Assembly (NCBI RefSeq): GCF_018350175.1 | Contig: NC_058368.1 | Span: forward strand, 141,858,001-141,922,000 | DNA: 64,000 nt | Direction: 5' to 3' | From: Felis catus | Lineage: Eukaryota | Shown: one piece after another, positions 1 to 12,425 of the stretch | Layout: each line of letters begins with the position of its first letter | How positions within the stretch are numbered: position 1 is the first letter of the stretch | The notes under the pieces: generated by a model | Told to the model about the DNA's origin: nothing | Seen by the model: only the letters and a program-made list of their open reading frames with translations | The model's database searches: none | Made by a program: the position numbers and the translations under genes

Positions 1-212
1 AATTTTTTTTAACGTTTATTTATTTTTGAGATAGAGAGAGACAGAGCATGAACGGGGGAGGGGCAGAGAGAGAGGGAGACACAGAATCGGAAACAGGCTC
101 CAGGCTCTGAGCCATCAGCCCAGAGCCCAACGTGGGGCTCGAACTCACGGACCGCGAGATCGTGACCTGGCTGAAGTCGGACGCTTAACCGACTGCGCCA
201 CCCAGGCGCCCC
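1..212 (-). mobile_element. Young SINEC_Fc-type CanSINE, tail cut by the window edge
   Basis: Reverse complement begins GGGGCGCCTGGGTGGCGCAGTCGGTTAAGCGTCCGAC, with a (CT)n tract, A-rich tail and intact CpGs. Confidence 0.95.
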
Positions 213-405
213 AATATTTATTTATTTTGAGAGAGAGAGATAGCAGGGGAGGAGCAGAGAGAGAGGGAGAGAAAGAATCCCAAGCAGGCCCTGTGCTGTC
301 ATCACAGAGCCCAAGGCAGGGCTTGATCTCACGAACTGTGAGATCATGACCTGAGCCAACATCAAGAGTCACACACTTAATTGACTGAGCTACCCAGGCA
401 ACCCT
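213..405 (-). mobile_element. Older CanSINE whose tail abuts the younger copy
   Basis: Diverged tRNA-like head (tagctcagtcaattaagtgtgtgactcttga) and CT tract. Confidence 0.9.
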
Positions 406-2224
406 CAAATTTCTTAAAGATATGACACAGTAACTTAAAGGTAAAAAAAAAAAAAATAGGGAGAAGTTACCTTACAATATTTTTAATCTACAAACTATTT
501 TTTGTTAATTACCAAAAAGTATTGTGGCAGAGAGAATTAGAGAACCTTAAAAGCAAATAGTGATGACTGCTGACGTTCTCCTGAGTACCTGCATCTAGAA
601 AAAAAGCCTTTGAAGAGTTTGCCTAATGAAGTACTCCTGTGGTCTGAAGGAGTATAAATCAGTCATCAGTGTCTTTTCAGGTCTTTTCCTCAAACTGTAA
701 TATTAGAGTTCAAATTGCTAAAGCAGAAGCGATTAAAAACCTCACATTTACAAGAAAATGTGTAGGTCCTTTAGTTCAAGCGTTTTAAACTCCAGAGGGC
801 ACAGAGCTCCCTGGGGGAGTTTTTTGGGTGTTGACTTTGAGGGCTCACCTTAAGAATTTCACCTTAAGAAATTGTGTGCCTAGACCGGTGGTTGCAGATT
901 AGGAAACTGTGATTTGTGGCTGTTTGACAGTCACAAGGTCGCCCACTAGGTGCTTGTAGCAACCAGACCAGACAAGCCCACGCCTCCTGCCAGTCACACA
1001 GCCATTCTCTTTTCTCTTCAGCACCTGGTCCTTTTCTCTGAGATGGTTTTGGTTACAATGCTTTCCCTGTTGTTCACCTAGAACAAATGATGCCCCTTCC
1101 ATGGATAACTCCAGAGTAGCTTCACCCTCTTCCTTCCTCTCACGGAGTTCTGTACAACCATTCCAGTCTAGGAAATTAAAATCATGTTTATTGCATGAAA
1201 GTGCCCAGGTACAAACCTAGTCCTGGTTGGTTTGACGATGAGTGGTCTTGAAATTCTCAAGAACTCAGAGTGGGGGAGTGAGGGAGCAGGGGAAGGGGGG
1301 GGGTGCGTGTGGACTAGGTCATTATACATCCTAGTTCAGACTCGAGGCTTACAGCCCCATTGGTGGACCAACCTTAGATTTCAGCAGTTTGCTTCAAGTG
1401 AATTTACTTCCCAGGATCTGACCACATTGCCAGAAATTTCAGATTAGATCTAGATTTAAATAGTCATACTCAAAATTCTGGGTGGCTTTATTGTTTCTTG
1501 GTTGACATAAGTTGTCAGTTTATGCAGCTCTCTTGAAACCTAGCCAGACCAATCAGGTGGAGGCTTAATAATGCAGAGACATCTTGAAGTTTGTGCACCA
1601 AAGACAATCACTGAAGCTCTAAGAGTGATTCAGATATAAATAAATCTGTAAGTCTTCAGCAGAATTATTTAAAAACCTACCAAATATTCCTTGGTGGTAA
1701 CCCACCATACAAGGAGGCAGGGAGACCATGGGTAAGTATGATACACTCCATTCTGTGTGGAGTTCTGTCCTAAGGCCTCCATGAAATATTTTATTAAGTA
1801 ATGATAAAACCAACTTCTCTGAGCCTTGGTTTCCTCCCTGTAGAGTGTGAAGGAGGTCAAAAGCCCCAAAGCAGAAAGAGTGGGAAATAAAAAAAGCAGA
1901 AATCTGGCCAAGGAATACTAAAACCTCAGCCCCAAATAACTGACATATAGCACCTCTTTCAAATATCGAAAACTTCTTTACATTTTTAATTCTGTTTCAT
2001 AACTTCCAGGTCAATTAGCAAAGAATAATGCCCATTTTCAATTATTTCTTAGTAATTAAAAAAATGAGTTTTTTACATGCCAGAAAAGTTTTAATGTTTA
2101 AATGCCCAAATAATTAAAATTGACAAGTATGACACACACATTTGAATTTTCTCAAATACTGATGATGCTTATGGCTTGAGTGGAATAATAATGTATCTGA
2201 GGAATATGTGGAAAATTTTGTTGG

Positions 2225-2325
2225 GCATGTGAGTGTGACATTGAGCAAGACATTGAACTTTTCTGGGCCTCAGTTTTCCCAACTGCAAATAGGGCTGTAA
2301 AGAGGGTTTGATGGTCTGTAAATTT
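2225..2325 (+). mobile_element. MIR fragment
   Basis: tgtgacattgagcaagacattgaacttttctgggcctcagttttccc resembles the MIR core. Confidence 0.65.
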
Positions 2326-3654
2326 CCTTTCAGTTTTAAGAGTCCACAAAATTAGATCAACAAAGTGTGATAATTAGGATAAACTAAACATTTCCTGTGT
2401 GATTAACAATATATATTATTAATCTTTTCAGAAAACAATATCTACCTGTGATATTTTGGTTATATATTGTTATTTTAATGAGAATCATTAACTTAAATTG
2501 TATGTCCAGTCAGCATCTTGGATGAACTTAGATGTTCTACCCCCAGATCAAACATACATTGAAAACACTCCAGCATATTGCTGGTAAATGGAGTTGGGAC
2601 TTCCTTATGACAGATCCAACTTCACGATTTTCTCACAGCAAAGGGAGGAAATCTCAGTGTTTGCAACTTCTAGAATGTGTCCTGCCATCCTCTCCCCAGT
2701 CTTGAGGCAATGAATGGGCTTTCAGTGGCCAGCTATTGAGATTTTCAATAGTGAAAATTTATTTCACTCTGTTATCCAAATATGCAGATAGCCAGATCAC
2801 CATTTTCTGAAAATATATTAAATGGAATGGCACAGAAGCCTGGCTGTGGCAGCGAAAAAGGCAATTTCGGACAATTCCAGGAGATCTACAGCCAGGTCAC
2901 AAGTCTTTGATGGCTTCACTATAAAACTCCCAGCCTCTAAAAGGGAAGGCTCTCATGATGCAAGAGAGATAAGTAGGAGCTGTACCAAAGTACATTATAT
3001 TGTGACACAAAAAGCATAAATCATGTGTGTATGAAAATCATAAGCCCTAAGCTTTAGAGAGAGTTGTGCAATTGACAATCAAATGGAGCTTAAAAGGAAT
3101 TACGAGGTTTTCAACTAAAGTCTTGAAATAAAGAAAGTAATATTTTACGGCAAAAAATTGCAAATGTCAAGTTTAAATCATAAGACTTTGCACCATTGAG
3201 CTACTAGCTAGTTCTATAGCTTCTTCAGTCCTTAACACAGGGAAAGACCAACTTTCATGCTCAATAAAACTTAAGAACTTTAGAAATACATTTAGGAACA
3301 TAATTCATGTATTTGTGACTTTTTCCCTCCCTAAATGGCTAATTGTAGAAGAAAAATGAGTGAGCGCAAGAACTTCCTGGATGGTAACCTATTCCGCCGT
3401 TTGCTTTGGACTGTTAGGAGTTCTTGTGTTTTTAAAATAGGGCTGTCACCAATTCGGTCACTTAAAGAAAAGGGGTAGGGGTGGAGGGAATATGGAAGGC
3501 TGTCCTCCTTTCCCCCCTCAGCCACATCTAGCTCTCGCTCTGGAAAACCCCAGGGCAAACTGAACTGCCCGCAGCCAACCAACCAGCAGCCCCCATGAAA
3601 AGCTGGAACCCAGCTGCCCAATTCGGTAGCTCCGGTCCAAAGCCAGACAGGTGG

Positions 3655-4400
3655 CAGCCCAGATTGAATCTGTTGTTGTGGGAATGATTTGATTCACAAA
3701 CAGGGTTATTAAATTTTATATGGAGACACAGGCGAAAGTCACAAGATCCTGGAGAGAAAGACCTGATTCACATAAATTTGTCTTAATAGCTGTGAATTCG
3801 GGAGCATAAAGCAGAAAAGAAATTAATGGAAAGGCATTTCACCTCCTCCGTCTGCCTGCTCCCCTCCACTCCCAGGCACATAATATGCCCACGCGCACAT
3901 AGATCAACAACTGCCACGACTCCATCCAGCCCTCCGCAGGAGGAGCCCGGCACATTGATCCGAGCCCGTTTTGACATATAAACTCCAATTTGGCCCCAAG
4001 TCACTGCGAGTGGACACTGCCACCAACGGCTCTGACACTAGGTTATTTGTTGTTGCTGTTCGCTGTCCCTGTTTGCACATTAATCCAGTGACAATTAGGT
4101 GTCAGCGAGCGTTGTTTCTGCTTAGCTGATAGCCTTGGGCTCTGCGCTTGAAGCCCTAATCAGGAGTGTAAACTCTGCTATATTTCAATTTGGAGAAGCG
4201 CTCTTCCGCTAAGAGGCCCCTGGCACTGCGATAAATAAAACGCCTATTTACTCTATTGCCACACTTAGACATCTAATGCACTTACTACCAGCCCCCTAAT
4301 CATAGCCTACAGTTAAAACCGCCTATAAATCACTCCGTTCTCATCCTGCACATTAGTGAAGCCATTTTCCCCAAACCCCACAATGAGCACTGTTTCCTTT
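3655..4400. promoter_or_regulatory. Enhancer-like non-coding block next to the CpG island
   Basis: No recognisable repeats, retains CpGs, and is rich in TAAT/ATTA, TAATCC, TGACAATTAG and TGTCA motifs. Confidence 0.45.
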
Positions 4401-4489
4401 TCTTGTTAGTCAAAAGCTAGATGATTTTTATTAGGTTAAAGACGAGTTCACAGATGGTAAATCGCGTGGAGAGAAATGAGCTGCAGAGT

Positions 4490-5480
4490 TACACCTAGTC
4501 AGCGCGGGACACGGCGCCCTGGCCGAGGGTGGGATGCGGTTCTTGAACCCGGGCCTCGGGACCCCTAAGCGCGGTCAGATCCCAGCCGCCGCCCCACCTG
4601 CACGTCCACCGAGCGTCCCGCCCTGCGGCCTCGCCCCACAGACACCCCCATTCCCCCACCCCCAGCAACCGGCGCCAGCAACCTGGCGCGCCCGGCGAAG
4701 GCTGCGGCCTGGCCTGGGGACTCCGCACACTCGGACGGGGTGGGCTCGGCCGGCATCCTCCTCTAGAGCTATCCGCACCCCCCCCCCCAAATGTAAAAAC
4801 AGCCCCATCCGCCTTGATCTCGCTGCACGTCTCCCACCGACGCCTGCTCCGAGGCGAGACCCGCTGGAGGCCCCGCGCGGCACGGCCCCGGGGGACCGCG
4901 CGCAACAAAAGCCCAGCCCGCAGCCCCTGCTCCTCGCCTTCCTTTTCAATTCTCCCCCGATCTCAGGTGGAATTAGGAGGATTAAAGCGGCGAGTAAATG
5001 AGGCGAGTGTGCAAAATGACTCCTTTCTGAACCAAACGGCATGCTCCGTGCTGGGGAAATGAGATGCACATTTAAATCTCATCCATCCACCGCCTGCGGC
5101 CACCGCCATGTACCTGCCTACTTAGCCCAAGGGTTAATTAATTGAGGCTTCAATGCACTATTGCAAGAGCATTATTGCATTTGATACTCTACATCTGTGA
5201 TTTAAAACTCTTTCAGTCCCTTGTCAGCAAGGGAGGGTTTTTAACTAGGAAATTAGCATTCAGATAAGGGAACGCTCTATTTGCTTCTGAAAGGAAGGAA
5301 ATATTAAGGATGCTGGTGCACAAACCGGGCTGTCATATCCTGTCCCATCCTGGAGGGAGCGCGAGGGCCCGGCTCCCCCGGGAGCGGAGGCGGCCGGGCC
5401 GGCCTCGTGCACCGCCGCCCTGCGCAAGGGGCGGTCAGGAGGGGGCCAGGGCGGCCAGCGGGACCCCACTCCTCGCAGTC
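4490..5480. promoter_or_regulatory. Orphan CpG island, with two GC/CpG-rich arms (about 4490-4935 and 5355-5480) around a less GC-rich core
   Basis: Dense CpG (cgcg, ggcgcgcc, gcggccggg) against a CpG-depleted background, with no associated coding exon. Confidence 0.88.
4940..5312. promoter_or_regulatory. Probable deeply conserved non-coding element, candidate orthologue of uc.160
   Basis: Complex non-repetitive core with TTAATTAATT, GGATTA and TGTCA motifs inside the island, about 28 kb beyond the AP3B1 3' end. The uc.160 identity rests on remembered synteny, not on an alignment. Confidence 0.6.
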
Positions 5481-5822
5481 TCCAACCTGCTGGGGTATGT
5501 TTGCCCTGCTAAGTCCAATAATATATTTTTTCCCTACTTCTTAGGAGCTGATTCTTCTTAAAATGCATTGCCACGTTACCTCAAACATTGGCTTTGTGAC
5601 TTCCCTGCGGGGCTCAGACAGAGGAAGTAACCCAGTTTCTTAAGGAAGAATGAGTGGTAAACATCGCAACAGAATTCTAATGACTGAAACAAAATCAGGG
5701 ACAGGATTGCTGTTGGTGATTATTTACTCTTATGATTTTAAGTATTGGATTCAGGAGCTACACACACTTAAACACTTTCCCTACTTAAAATTCTTCAGCA
5801 ATTCTAGCATAATTTTACCGGC

Positions 5823-5850
5823 TGCACGCGCGCGCGCGCGCGCGCGCGTG

Positions 5851-5892
<42 letters not shown>
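5823..5892. repeat. Compound microsatellite TGCA(CG)11TGCA(TG)n
   Basis: Read directly: 70 bp of unbroken purine-pyrimidine alternation. Confidence 0.97.
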
Positions 5893-5894
<2 letters not shown>

Positions 5895-6415
5895 GAACTA
5901 TAGAACAACAACGAAAAATAGTAGTTGACAAACTAATGTTCTGGATCAGAAACCAGTTAGAATCGTGCCCCCTAATCAGGCTGTAATGTCAGATGTTGAC
6001 ATCGTTTTCATGCAAAATAGAGACATCTTTAAGTTCTGGACTCACAGACAAGAACCTATGAAAAATGAAACAAGAACGCAACAACAACAACAAAGAAAAC
6101 ACACAACAAAAAACCCTTTGGCACTTGCTAACTATAAGATGAACAAATTGCTGGTGGCATAAAATGTTCCCTTTCTTGAGCCCTTCATGACCAGGAGAAT
6201 TTGGAAGACTCGGGAATCCTCAATAACAAACACTTTGCCAAGTGCAAGGAGTTGTAATTTCTTCTCTGCTGATACTGCTGAACCATGGCCTTAATCAGGT
6301 GAAATAACATCACTACAGTGGAATTCAGTTGGGATGCCCAAGTCAACAATCTGATCTGAATGAAGTTCTTGGGAATTTCCATTAATCAGGCCAAAGACTG
6401 GGAAGTAGATTTGAT

Positions 6416-6416
<1 letters not shown>

Positions 6417-6463
<47 letters not shown>
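6417..6463. repeat. (GT)n microsatellite, about 23 units
   Basis: Read directly. Confidence 0.97.
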
Positions 6464-6464
<1 letters not shown>

Positions 6465-8080
6465 TGTCAGTCAGATGACGTACATTTTTTTTCTAATAAT
6501 GATCCAAATTCTGTCTGTGGGTACTTCTTATTGAATGATCAAGTATCAGATGTCTGGATGCTTTGTAGATGCTAGTCATTGCCTGCCTTGCTTAAAACCT
6601 ACTTTTTTACATCTTCTCAGTGGTATTTAAAAAAAAATGGAAAAAACTGATATTACGCATAAGAAATAAGAGTGGGGCTATGTGGTTGCCTTATGGTTTC
6701 TTGGCTATTTCCATTCAAACCTTGAGTCACGATGCCAGTTTATAAGTTGCTCTGGTCCATTTTGTTCCTAAGGGCCAACAAGTCTAACATTGTTATGTAC
6801 ATAACATTTCAAGTGTTTTATATGATACATCCAGTCCGTATAACATTGTCTCATTGGTGGCAGTCACCTTTCTGCTACCACATGCAGAGACAACAGATAT
6901 TTTCCATTATTTTAAAGCTGTTTGATATAATCCTCCAGAAATAGGAAAACTAGAACTTGCTTTTCTGTCAGCTTTGTACCACATTTTCCTGACATTGCTC
7001 ACACTGGTTCATAAGGGAGGCTTTTTCCCCTGACTCCTGGGTGGCCTGCATTGGGGTCTTCCAAATAAAAGAGCACCACAGGAAGAGCACACAGCATTTT
7101 GGAAGAGGAGAAACACACGAGTAACTCAATAAACTCTGAAAATTGATAAAATGAAATGGTGAATTTTTGAATCTATATACTTGACAGCTATGCTTTAGGG
7201 ATATTCAGTGACATCAATCTCCTGAGATTACCCTGCTTTCACAACAGAAGGAGAGATCTACACGTGTGGAGTGGCTCACAGGCCCGCCTGGATACCACTT
7301 GCTATCTGGGAAGAAACATGGAACTATGCGCTGAATGGCTTGATAACGATATACCTAATCTGAGCGTCCTTCTTACGCATGGAGCCAGCAAACGTATACG
7401 AGGAAACAGACTCTGTCCAAACTATAATGAGATAGAAAGTGAAAGTGATTCTCGCTAGGAAACCAGTACCCAGGAAAAGTTTTCCGCAAGAAGGAATGTG
7501 AGTATCTAAGACGGCAGAGCATAAAATTAGCCACAAGAATTTCTCTAATGGGTGAGTCTATTTCTTGCCTCCCCACCCAAATCCCCTCTAGCTGCATCTC
7601 CTCTTAGGTCCACCTGGAACTTCTCTTGCAGGTCCCTAAACAAGGCACTGAATGATGCGCTCAGCTTTCTATGTTGCAGGGTCAGAGGGAAAAAAAGGCA
7701 CATACCCCTCTTTCCCCAACACTATGACATTCCTGACAGAAGCAAGGGCTGTGTGTCATCTTGAAGCTTCCCTACTGCCTCCTCACTGAACAGTACCCAA
7801 AATAGGCTCTGCACAAATAACTTGCTGGATCAACTAGAGAAATCTCATTATGACACAGAGGACCATTCCAAATCCCCACAGTGCAGTTCCGTGGTACTGA
7901 AAAAATAGCCTAAAAGTGAGCCATTGCCTAGGGCTGAGAGATTCTAAGTACACATGGATGTGTAGATGGATGGATTGAGGGTCCCTCTGAGCACCCCTTT
8001 CCTAGATGGCTGATTTGGGGCAAAGTGGATCGCAGCCTTCCTCATGAGAAATCCGTTGAACAATGTGAGGATAAAGTAAC

Positions 8081-8291
8081 AATTTTTTTAGGTTTATTTA
8101 TTTATTTTGAGAGAGACAGAGACAGCACAAGTGGGAGAGGGGCAGAGAGAGAGGGAGAGAGAGAATCCCAAGCAGGCTCCGTGCTGCCAGTGCAGAGCCC
8201 GAGGTGGGGCTCAAACTCACAAACCATGAGATGGTGACCTGAGCTGAAACCAAGGGTCAGACGCTTTACCGACTGAGCCACCCAGGCACCC
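8081..8291 (-). mobile_element. CanSINE with 15-bp target-site duplication
   Basis: TSD tgaggataaagtaac at 8066-8080 and 8292-8306. Confidence 0.95.
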
Positions 8292-8597
8292 TGAGGATAA
8301 AGTAACTATTAAAAAAAAGAAGAAGAAACTAGTAGCAATCTTTCTTTATGTAGAAACCATGACCGTTTTGCCAACTAAAAGATACTAATGTTCCCTGCTT
8401 CTGTTATCTGCATTGATAGTGGTGACCCACATCCCTTGTTCAGAACAGAAAGTGTGGGTGAGGAAACCCAACTCATCTCTCCCTCCCATGGGTAGAAGGG
8501 AAATGATTCTATCTGTTCCTTTGCTACAGATACCAAGAGACAGGTGAACGCCTCGGGGTCAACCCTAGAAGACCCATCAGTAAAAGCCAAGAGAAGG

Positions 8598-8788
8598 GGG
8601 GTGCCTGGGTGGCTCAGTCGGTTGGGCGTCCGACTTTGGCTCAAGTCATGATCTCACGGTTTGTGGGTTTGAGCTCTGTGTCCTGAAGCCTGCTGCAGAT
8701 TCTATGATTCCCTCTCTCTCTGTCTCTCTCTGCCGTCCCTCACTTGCTCTCTCTCACTTTCTCAAAAAAATAAACATTAAAAAAAAAA
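8598..8788 (+). mobile_element. CanSINE with an internal deletion
   Basis: ggggtgcctgggtggctcagtcggtt head, CT tract and A tail. Confidence 0.92.
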
Positions 8789-8793
8789 TCCAA

Positions 8794-9008
8794 GGGGCGC
8801 CTGGGTGGCGCAGTCGGTTAAGCGTCCGACTTCAGCCAGGTCACGATCTCGCGGTCTGTGAGTTCGAGCCCCGCGTCGGGCTCTGGGCTGATGGCTCAGA
8901 GCCTGGAGCCTGCTTCGGATTCTGTGTCTCCTTCTCTCTCTGCCCCTCCCCCGTTCATGCTCTGTCTCTCTCTGTCTCAAAAATAAATAAATGTTAAAAA
9001 AAAATTTA
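8794..9008 (+). mobile_element. Young SINEC_Fc inserted at the 3' end of the preceding SINE
   Basis: CpG-rich head, flanked on both sides by aaaaaaaaaatccaag. Confidence 0.95.
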
Positions 9009-12000
9009 AAAAAAAAATCCAAGAGGAAGATAAAAGCTAGAACCACCTCAAACTCCTTGAATTCGCAGGGAATGAAATACAAATTATAAACACAAAGACT
9101 AGTACATAAGCAAGGACGTGAACTTTTCCTGGTGGCAAAGGAACCTGATGATGAAGGGTTTAAAGAAATAACACTTTTTAAGTAAGGTGTCTTATTTTGG
9201 TAAACATTGATGGAAAGCGGTGTGAGTAGTTTAAGCAAAGGTGATTGCTTTGGAAGGGAGCGGGCAGTATATTTGCTTTAAAAACAATAAAAATCGAGTT
9301 GAAAAGTGCCAGATTTTTTAAGAGAAAAGAGCATCCTCTCAATTAACGGTTTTCTTTTCCTTAGTAAAGAAAAAGCAAACTCACACAGAAGCTTCTGTAC
9401 AAGTGCCATGCTAGGCCGCACGTAAGAAAAGGCGCAGGCATCTGTGGGGATTCAGGATCTCAAGGTTCTTAGAGTCGAGACGATCTGGAAAGAGATTATT
9501 TCATTAGCCACACCCTCCAAGTTGGCCCTGTTAGCAAGTGTAATAGGACTTTTTTCAGTTTCATAAAATATCTTGATAACTGGAAAGTGCCAGTTAATGG
9601 TAGCCTGTTCCAACTATGAATTTCACAAAGATTAATATACCCCTTTAGGTTTCTTAAGATTCTATCAGGAGGCCTTCCTGAGTCTTGGGTGTTTTACAAT
9701 CTCTGTGGGCACGAAGCTCAACTGAAACTACCATTCAACAGCCTAACTGTCATCTTCATCTTCTTCTGGCATAAAAATACATATTTTTTTCCCATAATAA
9801 AGATTTTTTATAATAGCAATAAAGTAACTCCAGAGAACATGGTTGTCTTGAGATAGCTTAACTGTGTCTGGTATCTCATAACGCCCTGGGGATACAGCAG
9901 GCCCATAATACTCCCTTTTGCTGCCATGTCTTTGCTTAATTAAGGAATAAAGCCAAAAGGTCAATGCTGGAGAAAAATGTAAATCTTCAAAACTTTTCAT
10001 TCTTGACCCAAACTCTGTGTCGTAAAACCTCAGCTATCTCTGCTAATAAGGAGCACACACACCCCGTCAGCCAGGGGAAGCCAGAATACACATTACATCT
10101 TGAAGATATGCTTGTGACACCATGAAAATAAATTCCTGACCTCTGGACTTGGAATTATGATTCTTTCTTCTTACAGAGAGACCCTCACAAACTATCTGCT
10201 TATCCCCAGTGAATGGAAAGCACTAAAGCAGAAGCCATCCACTTTGTCAAACATGATTTGCCACTGTATTGCAATGCATCAAACATGGTGTTGACTCTCA
10301 CACAGCTAGAAGGCGAGAAAGCGAGGTTTGTGTGTGTCGTAGAGAGGGAAAATGAATATGTATATTCATCTCTACGGCTTATTCGTTATTCCATTGCTGC
10401 TGTGAATGCAAAATACGATTTCAGCTCCAATCGTTTTATTAGTTCACTGATTACTGTCCATCATAATGAGCAAGGTGGTTTGGGCACTGGTTTAGTTTAC
10501 TGGAGCTGCAGGCTTTTGCAATGGAGGTTTACAGACTGTATCATAGGTGCCACACTCAAAATGGATATTTCTGACCAATGATACTCATTTTAAACAGGAG
10601 ATGTTCAGTCCCTAAACTGATTTGTTAGCACTGGTACAATAAAATAATAAATATTTACTTGCCTTCTAGAACTAGAACCTTCATATCACATTCATGGCTA
10701 TGCTAATTGGAGGAAAAGTGTTATTCCATTATGGAACTAATTACATGTCATCTGCTTCTCTCTCAGATGAATAAATGGACAGACAGATGCTATGCTGATC
10801 AATTAATGTTGTGATAGATCAATCAGTTGATCTGGACTTAGGAATATGTATTTATGGAAGACAGAGAATGATTCATTTTTTTTTTCCAGCAAATATGAGA
10901 ATCCAAATGTGACTTTATTGTACAGATGGGAACAGATCGTGAGCAAAGAGTTGCCATTGTATTCTTGCTGTGAAAAAGAAAATTCATCCTTCTTCTTTTG
11001 CTTACATATTCAACAGACATTATGGCTCAATAAAAATGGGATGTTTAAATATTTGATAAACATGGGTAGAGCAATGCATTGCTAAAACTGCTAGAGTAGC
11101 CTGGCAGAGTCTCATGGAAACATAAATTAGCTTGTATACAAATGGAACTGTTTGGTAATTCTGGCCTTAAAATTACCTCTTTCTCTCCTCTATCTCACTT
11201 TTTTTTTCTTTTCAATTGTTATCTGATAGGGCTTGGGTTTTCACTGGATGTGTCTCAAACTATGCAAACTGTCAGCTTCACTAATCAAGTTAAATGGATC
11301 TCACACTAGTGCCTAGACATTTGCAGGCTTCTCTTAGCTATCATCCAGGGGAAGCAAAGAGAGGGGGGTCTCAAGCTCTTGTGATTTCTCATCATTGACA
11401 CAGTCTTCATATCAGTCTGAAAGTCAAGGGCAATAAACTCATTACTAACGTGAAAACCTCCTCAAGTTGGTCTATACTCATTTCCTGCAGTGAAGCCAAC
11501 CCTACCTTGCCCCTTGGGGGGAGGCTGGTCCTTGAGCCTGGTTATAGGAGCCTCCCTCTAAACAGCATGGAATTTCAGCTGGGCAGAGAGAAGTGGCATC
11601 TGGTGGGCCAAGGGATGTCTAAGAGGGAGGTGCACGGCTGTCCGTGAGGCTTTGCCAGATGCTAGCATTTTATCTAGATGAGCTCTGGACTTGAAGGATA
11701 GAATATAGAAACAAGAAACAAAAAGGCAGAATTTCCATGTGTGTGTGTGCATGTGTGTGTTTACATTATGACAATTGTTTCACCTGGCCTCCCTTTTGCG
11801 ATTCAGAAAGCCAGTCTGCTGTTGGTGTTTCTCAAATCCAAAAACAGTAAATGAAGCCATGGGATTTATAAAGTCAAATGGCTGACATACTTGGTCAAAA
11901 TAGGCTCGTATACCGATGGCTTTTAGTAAAATTAGATGAAGAGTAGGATTATAGCAAGGATAACAAATGTGGAATTTACCCAGCAAACATAGAGGCCATT

Positions 12001-12425
12001 GGAGAGGTTTGAGTTTATGGAGCTGTCAAATAGATAAATAAATACACTTTGCTGAGAGCCTGCTAAATGTCATGTGTGGAACAAGGTGATCCACCTAAGA
12101 AAGAGAAGTAGTGATCATATTGAATTATGACCATGGGAACAGAAAATGCTCTGTCTAGATCAGGGTTTCCTGAAGTTTGGGGCTTCAGTACTAGACCCAG
12201 ATGTTAGTCACCCAGGCTCTGCCCTCTCTACTACATCAGGTTGGTGTAGATAAGGACATGAGAGTGAGGTGGAATGGGAGGTTAAAAACTGCTCCATTTT
12301 AAAAAAGCATTTCAGATGATTCTTTCCCACATTGAAATCTAAAGATGCTGATCTAAGCCATTGGTCCTCTCATTAAATGAGAGCAAGACTCTTGCAATCT
12401 GTTCTAGCTATTGTTTGTTCGCTAG

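Noticed and set aside
3641..3659. CTCF-like CAGACAGGTGGCAGC (and CCACTAGGTGCT near 943)
   Set aside because: Several mismatches at high-information core positions, so too weak to call.
4495..5561. Overlapping ORFs of up to 164 aa on both strands
   Set aside because: Pro/Arg/Gly/Ala-rich translations are expected from stop-poor CpG-island sequence, with no recognisable domain or exon structure.
8704..9238. ORFs overlapping SINEs (also 145-408, 18583-19245, 32017-32403, 43318-43584, 59738-59956)
   Set aside because: These are translations of CanSINE sequence (GAPGWLS, ERERE and LSLSL patterns).
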